Assembly: GCA_041548245.1 (NCBI GenBank)
Contig: JBFESZ010000029.1
Span: forward strand, 1 to 22,042
Direction: 5' to 3'
Length of the DNA stretch: 22,042 nucleotides
DNA from: Sulfurimonadaceae bacterium
Lineage (GTDB): Bacteria > Campylobacterota > Campylobacteria > Campylobacterales > Sulfurimonadaceae
Both the position numbers and the translations under genes were made by a program. This document shows, one piece after another, positions 9,644 to 17,407 of the stretch (position 1 is its first letter; the number at the start of each line of letters is the position of its first letter). The notes below the pieces were generated by a model. It saw only the letters and a list, made by a program, of their open reading frames with translations. It made no database searches and was not told the DNA's origin.

Positions 9644-10333
9644 ATGAGCCTTCCCATTAATTCAGAAGAGATATTATTACCCGAACAGTTTCTAGATGAG
9701 CCCAAAGAGTTTTTACAAAAAGTCATTGATTACAAGATGGATAAACTCATTCTTTTAGAAGACGCTGTCATCCCTTCTGTCGTTATCATGAAATATGATA
9801 GACTGCACAAACTTCTTACCCCTGGCGGCAGTATGGATCCACTCAACAGGGATAAGATCTCTCGTGAGATGAGCATGTTGTTAGCCGTACGTAAAAAAAT
9901 CCATTTCTTTGACAACTTAAGCGACGAAGAAATTGTGGCACTCACCAAGAGTTCAGAGTTCTTACGTCCAAGCAAAGGGACATCTATTTTTGAACAGGGC
10001 GATTTCGGCAATGAAATCTATTATATCATCAACGGCAAGGTCGATATCTACGGGTACAATGAAAATGTCGAAGGAGATGACCCTTTTTCTCATTTGACAA
10101 CATTACAAGAGGGCATGGTCTTTGGTGAGATGGGGGCCATTACCGGTGAAGCGAGAACAGCCCGTGCTACGGTCGCAACAGATGACGCTTTTATCCTTTC
10201 CATGACCGTTGCGAAAGAGATCGACTGCACCAATGCGACAGGTTTTGTCAAGATGTACAAGAATATCATTGACGTACTCGCGTCCAAGCTTGTCACAGCA
10301 AACAACCAGCTCTACCCTTTTATAGAGAGATAA
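9644..10333 (+). CDS. Cyclic nucleotide-binding domain protein with no C-terminal HTH and an N-terminal Phd/YefM-like segment
   Basis: cNMP domain: FFDNLSDEE, IFEQGDFGNEIYYIINGKVDI and phosphate-binding cassette FGEMGAITGEARTA. Start placed at ATG 9644 after a GAGGA SD (229 aa). Confidence 0.85.
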   Translation: MSLPINSEEILLPEQFLDEPKEFLQKVIDYKMDKLILLEDAVIPSVVIMKYDRLHKLLTPGGSMDPLNRDKISREMSMLLAVRKKIHFFDNLSDEEIVALTKSSEFLRPSKGTSIFEQGDFGNEIYYIINGKVDIYGYNENVEGDDPFSHLTTLQEGMVFGEMGAITGEARTARATVATDDAFILSMTVAKEIDCTNATGFVKMYKNIIDVLASKLVTANNQLYPFIER

Positions 10334-10367
10334 AGCCTCGGCTGCATACTTATGCACAATATAAAGC

Positions 10368-10964
10368 TTACTTTTTGATAAGCCTTAAAGCCAACAACCC
10401 TGTAAGTATTGCAACATAGACCATGACATTCATTCCGATAACCTTTTGGCTCATCATATAATGCAGAGCAATCAGTACGGTAGCGAGATAGACCATCTTG
10501 TGCCATTTGACAAAGATAGCATAAAGTTTTTTAGCAGATGTCAGTGCCATCATCAATAGAATAAGAAAGGCAATCGCTCCCAGCAGGACAAAAGGTCGCT
10601 TAAGCATGTCTGCATACATCATCGACAGACTCCCTTCGTTATCAGCCAAAAAGAAGAAAAGCGAATGCATAAAAGCATAGGCAAATGTCCATAAACCAAG
10701 CAGACGTCTGTACTTGATAAGATTGATTTTCACATAGGACTTTAACGGTGTCACACTCAATGTCGCGATTAAAAACTGTATCGCAGTGATTCCTAAAAGA
10801 TCTGCCGTAAACTTTAAAGGGTCATTAGGAAAAGTACCTAAAAAGCTTCCCCCGTTCTTATAAACGAAGTGAGAGACATGATGCAAATATTCAACTTCCC
10901 ACCCCATTTTATAAACAATATACAGTAGAGGCAAAAATGCAATGAACCAGATGATTTTTCTCAT
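10368..10964 (-). CDS. msrQ: Heme-binding membrane subunit MsrQ (YedZ)
   Basis: Ferric-reductase-like TM protein with LSVTPL, RRLLGLWTFAYAFMH, MALTS, WHKMVY and LHY. Directly downstream of msrP. Start placed at ATG 10964 after AGGAG. Confidence 0.9.
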   Translation of the reverse strand: MRKIIWFIAFLPLLYIVYKMGWEVEYLHHVSHFVYKNGGSFLGTFPNDPLKFTADLLGITAIQFLIATLSVTPLKSYVKINLIKYRRLLGLWTFAYAFMHSLFFFLADNEGSLSMMYADMLKRPFVLLGAIAFLILLMMALTSAKKLYAIFVKWHKMVYLATVLIALHYMMSQKVIGMNVMVYVAILTGLLALRLIKK

Positions 10965-11009
10965 ATGTCTCCTGTGATGATAGGACAAACCGTATAACCC
11001 GTTTGTCCC

Positions 11010-11972
11010 CTAAAAATATTGACGTAAGTCCATTCCCTTATACATGTCGGCAACCTGATCTGCATATCCGTTGAACAACCGTGTCTTTTCCTTAAAGAAT
11101 GCACCCAAAGGACGTTCTTTGGCTTGTGACCAGCGTGGATGGGGTACATCAGGATTGACATTGGAATAGAACCCATACTCCTGTGGAGCGACCTCGTTCC
11201 ATGTACTTCGCGTCATTGTATCTGAGACATGTATTTTGACAATAGACTTGATACTTTTGAACCCGTACTTCCATGGTACGACCAGACGGATAGGTGCACC
11301 GTTTTGTTTTGGCAATCTCTTCCCGTACAGCCCTACACTTAAAAAACTCAAAGAGTTCATCGCCTCATCGATACGGAGTCCCTCAAGATACGGAAAGGGA
11401 ATATTACCAAAAAAACCCGCACTCTTTTGTTCCGGGAACATCGTCGGATCATATTTTGTCTGAAACTGAACGAACTTTGACTTGGATGTCAATCCAGCCT
11501 TTTTGAGCAGATAAGAGAGTTCGAAACCGATCCACGGCACTACCATCGACCAGCCTTCAACACAGCGAAAACGATAGATCCTCTCTTCAAGAGGAAATGT
11601 GGATAGAATATCCGCCATATCAATAACCATCGTTTTTTGCACCTCACCAGTGATCTCAATCGTCCACGGTTCAGGCTGAAGTGTATGTGCCAATTTTGAG
11701 GGTCCCTCTTTTGAGAGTGAAAACTCATAAAAATTATTATAGGTGGTGATCTTCTCATAAGGTGTTGCCAGAAGATCCTGATATTTTCTGTTTTTGCTAA
11801 AAGAGAGACTCTTTCCGGGATAATCGTTGGCAGCTTCAAGCGAAGCAGGCAATAGGGCCCCCGCTCCACTCACAGCAGCTATCTTCATCAGACGTCGTCT
11901 TTCACCATATATCTTCTCGTCAGTGACTAAATTTTCATGCATATGCCATGCTTGTTTTTTCAAGATGTTCAT
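11010..11972 (-). CDS. msrP: Protein-methionine-sulfoxide reductase catalytic subunit MsrP (YedY), a Tat-exported molybdoenzyme
   Basis: Twin-arginine RRRLMK signal, YNNFYEF, RFRCVEGWSMVVPW, GAPIRLVVPWKYGFKSIKSI and HPRWSQA. Start placed at ATG 11972 after AAGGA. Confidence 0.96.
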   Translation of the reverse strand: MNILKKQAWHMHENLVTDEKIYGERRRLMKIAAVSGAGALLPASLEAANDYPGKSLSFSKNRKYQDLLATPYEKITTYNNFYEFSLSKEGPSKLAHTLQPEPWTIEITGEVQKTMVIDMADILSTFPLEERIYRFRCVEGWSMVVPWIGFELSYLLKKAGLTSKSKFVQFQTKYDPTMFPEQKSAGFFGNIPFPYLEGLRIDEAMNSLSFLSVGLYGKRLPKQNGAPIRLVVPWKYGFKSIKSIVKIHVSDTMTRSTWNEVAPQEYGFYSNVNPDVPHPRWSQAKERPLGAFFKEKTRLFNGYADQVADMYKGMDLRQYF

Positions 11973-11993
11973 ACTATATCCTTTAATCACTCA

Positions 11994-11999
11994 ATTATA
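11994..11999 (-). promoter_or_regulatory. sigma70 -10 box for msrPQ
   Basis: TATAAT on the minus strand (part of palindromic ATTATAAT), about 22 nt upstream of the msrP ATG. Confidence 0.65.
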
Positions 12000-12008
12000 A
12001 TGCATCAC

Positions 12009-12026
12009 TGTGTAATTCATGTGAAA
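12009..12026 (-). promoter_or_regulatory. Putative OmpR-family (DccR-like) direct-repeat binding site at the msrPQ -35 region
   Basis: Minus strand reads TTTCAC-ATGAAT-TACACA, two half-sites with 11-bp periodicity. Confidence 0.45.
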
Positions 12027-12098
12027 ATCGATCAATCTTAAAAACATCGCTTAAGCATATTAATAATGAGTTTTTTGTTCATATTGGCTTAGGTTGGA

Positions 12099-12104
12099 TA
12101 TAAT
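12099..12104 (+). promoter_or_regulatory. sigma70 -10 box for rimO-tilS
   Basis: TATAAT followed by AAGGA (12120..12124) and TTG 12131. Confidence 0.65.
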
Positions 12105-12130
12105 TGCATCACTAAATTGAAGGAACTCCA

Positions 12131-13480
12131 TTGCACAAGAACATGACATTCACGGAAGAAAAACCGGTAAAAAAACTTCACATCGTTTCGCTTGGCTGTA
12201 CAAAGAACCTTGTCGATACCGAAGTAATGTTAGGAAAGCTGCGTGACTTCGAGATGACAGATGCCAGTGATGAAGCCGATGTGATTATCGTAAACACCTG
12301 TGGCTTTATCGATGCTGCCAAAGAGGAGAGTATCAATACTGTCTTAAGCCTGCATGAGCAGCGCCGTGATGACTCTTTACTCGTTATGGCCGGTTGTCTG
12401 AGTGAACGCTATAAAGAGGAGCTCCAAAAAGAGATGAAAGAGGTCGATATCTTCACCGGTGTAGGCGACTATGACCAGATCGACGCACTGCTTGCCGCCA
12501 AACAGAGCCGCTTTTCAGAATCGACCTATCTTATAGGCAATGAGGAACGTGTAATCACCGGTTCCACCTATCATGCCTATATCAAGTTCTCGGAGGGGTG
12601 TAATCAAACCTGTAGTTTTTGTGCCATCCCTTCATTTAAAGGCAAACTCAATTCGCGTGACCTTGACGTCGTTGCCAAAGAGGTCGAAAGTCTTGTCAAT
12701 CAGGGGTATTATGACTTCTCATTTATCTCGCAGGATTCAAGCTCATATCTAAGGGATAAGAACATCAAAGATGGGCTCATCCATCTCATTAAACGCATTG
12801 AACTGATTGAGGGTGTCCGCTCAGCCAGACTGCTCTATCTTTATCCGACAACGGCAAGCCTGAAACTTCTACAGGAAATCTCAAGATCAAAGGTCTTTCA
12901 CAACTACTTCGATATGCCGATACAACATATCTCTGACAAAATGCTCAAGCTCATGAAACGCGGTTTCGGAAAAGAGAAGACGATCGAGCAACTTGAGTTC
13001 ATGAAGACACTCCCTAATGCCTTTTTACGTACCTCTTTTATTGTTGGCCATCCAGGTGAGACTCAAGAAGAGTTTGACGAGATGTGTGACTTTGCACGCA
13101 ACTTTGGTTTTGACCGCATCAGTGTGTTTGCCTACTCGGACGAAGAAGGTACCGCCGCTTATGATATGGATGGCAAGCTCCCGCAAGAAGTCATTGAGCA
13201 GCGTGCTGATATCATGGGTGAAATTGCCGATGAAGTCATGAACAAAAGCCTCGAAGCACAAGTCGGTAAAGTGGTCGAGATTGTCATTGACGGGGAGAGT
13301 GATGAGCATGAGTTCCTACTCAGCGCTCGTGAACTTGGATGGACACCTGAAATCGACGGTGAGATCTATGTCAATGACAATGAACTTGGCGAAGATGCAA
13401 TCTTAAAGTTCGGCAAAGTCTATAAAGCACGAATCACTGAAAAAGTTGGTGACAAACTCCTCGCGACCGTCATTGCCTAA
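12131..13480 (+). CDS. rimO: Ribosomal protein S12 methylthiotransferase RimO
   Basis: SLGCTKNLVD, VNTCGFI, AGCL, radical SAM CNQTCSFC, YLYP and C-terminal TRAM with PEIDG. TTG start with SD. Confidence 0.96.
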   Translation: MHKNMTFTEEKPVKKLHIVSLGCTKNLVDTEVMLGKLRDFEMTDASDEADVIIVNTCGFIDAAKEESINTVLSLHEQRRDDSLLVMAGCLSERYKEELQKEMKEVDIFTGVGDYDQIDALLAAKQSRFSESTYLIGNEERVITGSTYHAYIKFSEGCNQTCSFCAIPSFKGKLNSRDLDVVAKEVESLVNQGYYDFSFISQDSSSYLRDKNIKDGLIHLIKRIELIEGVRSARLLYLYPTTASLKLLQEISRSKVFHNYFDMPIQHISDKMLKLMKRGFGKEKTIEQLEFMKTLPNAFLRTSFIVGHPGETQEEFDEMCDFARNFGFDRISVFAYSDEEGTAAYDMDGKLPQEVIEQRADIMGEIADEVMNKSLEAQVGKVVEIVIDGESDEHEFLLSARELGWTPEIDGEIYVNDNELGEDAILKFGKVYKARITEKVGDKLLATVIA

Positions 13481-13491
13481 AGGAACCCCCT

Positions 13492-14520
13492 TTGAGCCTT
13501 TCACTTATCCCTTTTGATAAGCTGTCAGATCTTGAAGAAGGCAAAAGCCTTCTTGCATTTTCCGGTGGGGCTGATTCAACCGCTCTCTTTCACATCTTGA
13601 TCGAATTCAACATCCCTTTTGATATAGCTATCGTTCATTATGGTCTTCGCAAACAGGCTGATAAAGAGGTCCAATACGCTAAAGCATTGGCACAAAGACA
13701 TAATCTCACCTGTCATCTGCTAGAAGTGAAGAAGATCGAACAAAACTTTGAGTATGAGGCAAGAAAATCTCGATACGACTTTTTCGAACAGCTCATTGAT
13801 CAATATCAATACAAGAACCTGCTTACCGCCCATCACCTTCAAGACAGGCTCGAATGGATGCTCATGCAGCTATGCAAGGGTGCGGGAGCCGCTGAACTGC
13901 TTGGAATGAAAGAGAGAGAGGAACGAACTGGATACATACTCTTACGCCCTTTGATCGAAATCTCCAAAGAAGAGATCATCTCCTATCTTCAACACAATAA
14001 GATAGAGTGGTTTCATGATGAGACAAACGACGATCTCTCCTACAAACGAAACTATTTTAGACACGAGGTAGCAGCCAAACTCATCCATGATAATGCCCAG
14101 GGTATCAAACAGAGTTTCGTCTATCTTGAAGAGGATGTCAAAGCCTTGATCAAAGAGGTAAAAATACATGAAGCTGAAGCATTAAGCCTTTTCTTGTCCA
14201 GCGGAGACAGACGAAGCGACATCTATCATATTGACAAGATCCTTAAAAACAAAGGCTATATTCTGAGTGCTGCACAGAGAGAGGAGTTAAAGAGTAAAGA
14301 CGAGGTCATCGCAGGCCGGAAGTTTGTGATCATACTGGACAAAGGCATCTGTTATATCGCGCCCTACCTCAAAGCTGTCATGGACAAGGCTTTCAAAGAG
14401 GAGTGCAGAGTCTTGGGTGTTCCCAACAAACTACGGCCCTACCTCTTTGTCGCTCCCCTCGCTTTCATTCTTTTCACCCGTTTTCTTCCGTGCAATGTAA
14501 ACATGCATGGTAAAGGATGA
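13492..14520 (+). CDS. tilS: tRNA(Ile)-lysidine synthetase (short Campylobacterota type)
   Basis: PP-loop AFSGGADS, EARKSRYDFF, TAHHLQD, RPL, DETN and KRNYFR. TTG start with AAGGA. Confidence 0.95.
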   Translation: MSLSLIPFDKLSDLEEGKSLLAFSGGADSTALFHILIEFNIPFDIAIVHYGLRKQADKEVQYAKALAQRHNLTCHLLEVKKIEQNFEYEARKSRYDFFEQLIDQYQYKNLLTAHHLQDRLEWMLMQLCKGAGAAELLGMKEREERTGYILLRPLIEISKEEIISYLQHNKIEWFHDETNDDLSYKRNYFRHEVAAKLIHDNAQGIKQSFVYLEEDVKALIKEVKIHEAEALSLFLSSGDRRSDIYHIDKILKNKGYILSAAQREELKSKDEVIAGRKFVIILDKGICYIAPYLKAVMDKAFKEECRVLGVPNKLRPYLFVAPLAFILFTRFLPCNVNMHGKG

Positions 14521-15003
14521 CTTGATAAGATTGGCATCTCTTTCAAAATGGATAGGGAAATTGACTCCGATGATATTATCGCTCTTGTTTACCGCGTCTA
14601 AAAAATCATAAAAACCCTGAGGCGAGTGAATAAGAGAAGAAGTATTGACCTCATACACAGCAAACTCTGCATCTGTAGAACCCCCTGAAAGTTCAGAGAG
14701 GGAAAAACTCTCAAAATGAGACTCATGCATCTTCTTAAAACGTTCAGGGTTAAAAATAGTCTTGTAGGCGCTTATGACATGGCGATTGTCAGACTGTAGC
14801 CCTTTTAGCTTCTCATATACCTTGTCATATTCTGCCTGAATGGCATCCACCTGATAGGCCACTTTTTTCGACTCCATACGTGAAACTCGATACTCTTTGC
14901 CTATTGGAATCAAAAAGGCAAAAGCAAAAATAAAGACGACAATCAGGAAAACAGTGGCTAAAGCCAGGATGTAGATCATTTGACGGCTGATATGGAATTT
15001 CAC
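14431..15003 (-). CDS. PilO-like single-pass membrane protein (probable flagellar motor cage component)
   Basis: N-terminal TM, coiled coil, then an alpha/beta domain with 'FYDFLDAVNKSDNII'. Third gene of an M-N-O-like triplet downstream of miaB-lpxJ. GTG start overlaps the pilN-like stop. Confidence 0.7.
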   Translation of the reverse strand: MKFHISRQMIYILALATVFLIVVFIFAFAFLIPIGKEYRVSRMESKKVAYQVDAIQAEYDKVYEKLKGLQSDNRHVISAYKTIFNPERFKKMHESHFESFSLSELSGGSTDAEFAVYEVNTSSLIHSPQGFYDFLDAVNKSDNIIGVNFPIHFERDANLIKSSFTMHVYIARKKTGEKNESEGSDKEVGP

Positions 15004-15518
15004 TGCGCAGTTATCTCCCTGTCAAGATAGTTTTTTGAGACAAAACTGTACCAACCATTAGGCATCGCATAATAACTCGTATAGGAGCGATGAAATATAG
15101 AACGCAAAGGAGCAAGAAGAAGAAACTCATACACCTCTTTGCTTGGAGTCACCCCGTAAAGCTCCAGCTCATTCTCTTTTAGCAGTGCCTGTGACAAGGT
15201 GATCTTCTCGGGCACAAGGTCGAACAGGTTGTGGATACTCTCTTTAAGTACTGTATTTGATGTGTAGATGCCTTCTGCATGTCGTCTTTGCACCTCAATA
15301 AAAGCAATCTCCTCATGCATTGACACGATATTACTACGAAGTGTCTCGCCCTTGGCCAAGCGTTCTTCGATACTGCTTTCATACATCATCGTCTTGACCT
15401 TCAGATAGGAATAAGACATCAAAAGCATGCCTATCGTCACGGTAAAAAAGAAAAACAGAAGCTTGAACTCCGGACTGATAATACTCTTCTTTCGCGGCTT
15501 GATAAAACTATATCGCAT
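15000..15518 (-). CDS. PilN-like single-pass membrane protein (probable flagellar motor cage component)
   Basis: Short cytoplasmic N-tail (YSFI), TM, coiled coil and PilN-like core 'LFDLVPEKITLSQALLKENELELYGVT'. Confidence 0.75.
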   Translation of the reverse strand: MRYSFIKPRKKSIISPEFKLLFFFFTVTIGMLLMSYSYLKVKTMMYESSIEERLAKGETLRSNIVSMHEEIAFIEVQRRHAEGIYTSNTVLKESIHNLFDLVPEKITLSQALLKENELELYGVTPSKEVYEFLLLAPLRSIFHRSYTSYYAMPNGWYSFVSKNYLDREITAQ

Positions 15519-16578
15519 ATTTTGCCTCCGATATAGCTATATTCACGACCTCTTTTTCAAGTTCGATCTGGCGTTTATATACGGAGACAAAGAGCTCTTC
15601 CTCCAGGAAACGCATAAGGTCATGTCCCGTTTCACAGGCATCTGCAATATAGGTCTCTTCGACAAACTGGTTGTCATATCTGTCATCATTATAAAAATGG
15701 TGCAGCGCCGCTTGGATGAGTTGAAAGCGCTTATAGTCATCGGAAAAGTTGTCAATCTTCGAGTCATACTTCGTTTTTGCTTCTTCCAAGGCAGCTTCAC
15801 TCTGCTCAACGGCATCATTCAACGACTCTTCAAAGTCTTCGATCTCATCCAGATCGTCCAGATCGTCCAGATCATCCAGGTCCTGAAGGTCATCCAGGTC
15901 ATCCAGAGCATCGAGTTCATCCAGGTCATCGAGGTTGATCGATATGTCATCATCATCCAGACTAAATCCCAGACTTTCTTCAGCACTCTCTTCAATGTGC
16001 TCACTCATCTTCTCATCTTCTATTGCATTGGCTGTTGCATAATGACTTGCGAACAGAAGCTCTCCATGACTAAATACACACAGACTCAGGTAGTTCTCCT
16101 GGATCAGAACCAAAAGTGCCGTTTTACCTTCAATCTTATCTGCAAAAAAAGTCGACAGTATGAAAAAAGGAGAAAAAATGAAATCAAGTCCGGTCTTTTT
16201 AAACCTTTGCTGCAATTCATTAAGTTCTGACTTTTCTGAATAGACCATCCACTTGTTCTCATTGCACAAGGTAACGCATGATCCCAAGTCGCTGAAACGT
16301 TCGGCCTCATGCATGGAACATGTCGGCACAGCACCCTGTGTAATGCCGTCGTTAAGAGCAGAGATGTAGCAAAAAGGGGATTCGTCCATATACTCTTTGA
16401 TAAAATCGTTTAATTCACTGCTTGGCTTTGAGTTAGAGATCTCAAATGTCTTTGATATCTCTTTTTCAAGTTTTTTGCCCTTGCGCATTTGCACATAGAC
16501 TCTTACACTGCTGTGCTGAACAACGATCCCGACAAAAATCTTCTGATAGAGATTCTCAATCAGACGAGAGAGTTTCAT
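15508..16578 (-). CDS. PilM-like cytoplasmic protein with an acidic insertion
   Basis: Actin/PilM-like pattern (IFVGIVV..., GLDFIFSPF, ALLVLIQENYLSLCVFSHGELLF). AAGGAG SD. Position matches HP0271/Cj0456c as recalled. Confidence 0.65.
   Translation of the reverse strand: MKLSRLIENLYQKIFVGIVVQHSSVRVYVQMRKGKKLEKEISKTFEISNSKPSSELNDFIKEYMDESPFCYISALNDGITQGAVPTCSMHEAERFSDLGSCVTLCNENKWMVYSEKSELNELQQRFKKTGLDFIFSPFFILSTFFADKIEGKTALLVLIQENYLSLCVFSHGELLFASHYATANAIEDEKMSEHIEESAEESLGFSLDDDDISINLDDLDELDALDDLDDLQDLDDLDDLDDLDEIEDFEESLNDAVEQSEAALEEAKTKYDSKIDNFSDDYKRFQLIQAALHHFYNDDRYDNQFVEETYIADACETGHDLMRFLEEELFVSVYKRQIELEKEVVNIAISEAKYAI
15844..15933 (-). repeat. Degenerate 9-bp coding tandem repeat, 10 units, encoding (L-D-D)-like tripeptides
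   Basis: CTGGAYGAY-type units encoding LDD LDE LDA LDD LDD LQD LDD LDD LDD LDE. Confidence 0.9.
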
Positions 16579-17407
16579 TACGCTCCTTGGCTAACGGGTG
16601 GGCAGCTTGGTAGTTTTTCATCTTTAACGAAGAACTCAACTTGGTATAGATCTGAGTCGTTGCCATAGATGCATGCCCCAATAGTTCACTTACATCGGCA
16701 ATTCTTGCATTATTGTTTAATAGATGCGTTGCATACGAATGTCTCAGCATATGCGGGGTGACGTGAAGACCGATTTTCTTAAAAAGTGATGTTAATTTAT
16801 ATCTTAAACTATTTTCGCTTAATTTTGTTCCATCTTGCTCAAAAAGAAAGCTATGCGGTGAAAAATTCCTCTTATATTTCTCAATCAATGCAAATGTACT
16901 CTCAAGCAGAGGCAACTCTCTTTGTTTGTTCCCTTTTCCCAGCACACGAACCCACTCTTTGTCTATATCGGATATCTTTAAGGAGGAGAGCTCACTGATC
17001 CTCAATCCCAGTGTGTAAAGCATGATGACGATCAGAGCCTCTTCTTCGTCTGCAATGGTAAGCGCTTCTTTAATATGTGCGTAAGAGACAGGTTTGGGAA
17101 GCGTCTTGGCAACTTTGATCGGTGCATCCCCTTTGAGGATCACTTTTTCTCCCCGCTCCTGCATAAAGTGGACAAAACTTCTTATCGCACTGAGTTTCTT
17201 CGAGATGGTTTTGGCATTGAGCTTGGAAATTTTAAGCCTATAGGGATTCAGGTTTAAAATACAACCATCTTCCTCATCGATATCTATATATAAAAATGCT
17301 TCATCAAGGACCCTTGAATAGGTCTTTACCGTAAGATCCGAATATCCTCTGATATCATTTAGATAATCTAAAAATGGCAGTCTATAGCGCTTTAACAAGG
17401 CGTTCAT
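16556..17407 (-). CDS. Tyrosine recombinase, XerC/XerD-like
   Basis: SAM-like N-domain (YLNDIRGYSDLTVKTY; TISKKLSAIRSF) and LPK. Complete catalytic set: R (GLRISEL), K (GKGNKQR), HxxR (HMLRHSYATHLL), H (LLGHAS) and Y (TTQIY). Confidence 0.92.
   Translation of the reverse strand: MNALLKRYRLPFLDYLNDIRGYSDLTVKTYSRVLDEAFLYIDIDEEDGCILNLNPYRLKISKLNAKTISKKLSAIRSFVHFMQERGEKVILKGDAPIKVAKTLPKPVSYAHIKEALTIADEEEALIVIMLYTLGLRISELSSLKISDIDKEWVRVLGKGNKQRELPLLESTFALIEKYKRNFSPHSFLFEQDGTKLSENSLRYKLTSLFKKIGLHVTPHMLRHSYATHLLNNNARIADVSELLGHASMATTQIYTKLSSSLKMKNYQAAHPLAKERNETLSSD

Noticed and set aside
5561..10342. AAAGCCTCGGC present in two intergenic regions (5561 and 10332)
   Set aside because: A single 11-mer pair with no shared flanks, compatible with chance.
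12000..12041. 13-codon ORF MHHCVIHVKIDQS in the msrP-rimO intergenic region
   Set aside because: No SD, it overlaps promoter elements, and its length is expected by chance.
15844..15933. Possible CRISPR or non-coding repeat array
   Set aside because: 9-bp in-frame coding units with no spacers.
15427..16230. 267-aa + strand ORF with IQIVQIVQ repeats
   Set aside because: Antisense shadow of the pilM-like gene. The repeat is the reverse complement of the LDD codons, and there is no SD or recognisable domain.
16556..17407. Integrase of a prophage or genomic island
   Set aside because: No tRNA, att repeats or mobile cargo are visible, and the gene overlaps housekeeping neighbours on both sides.
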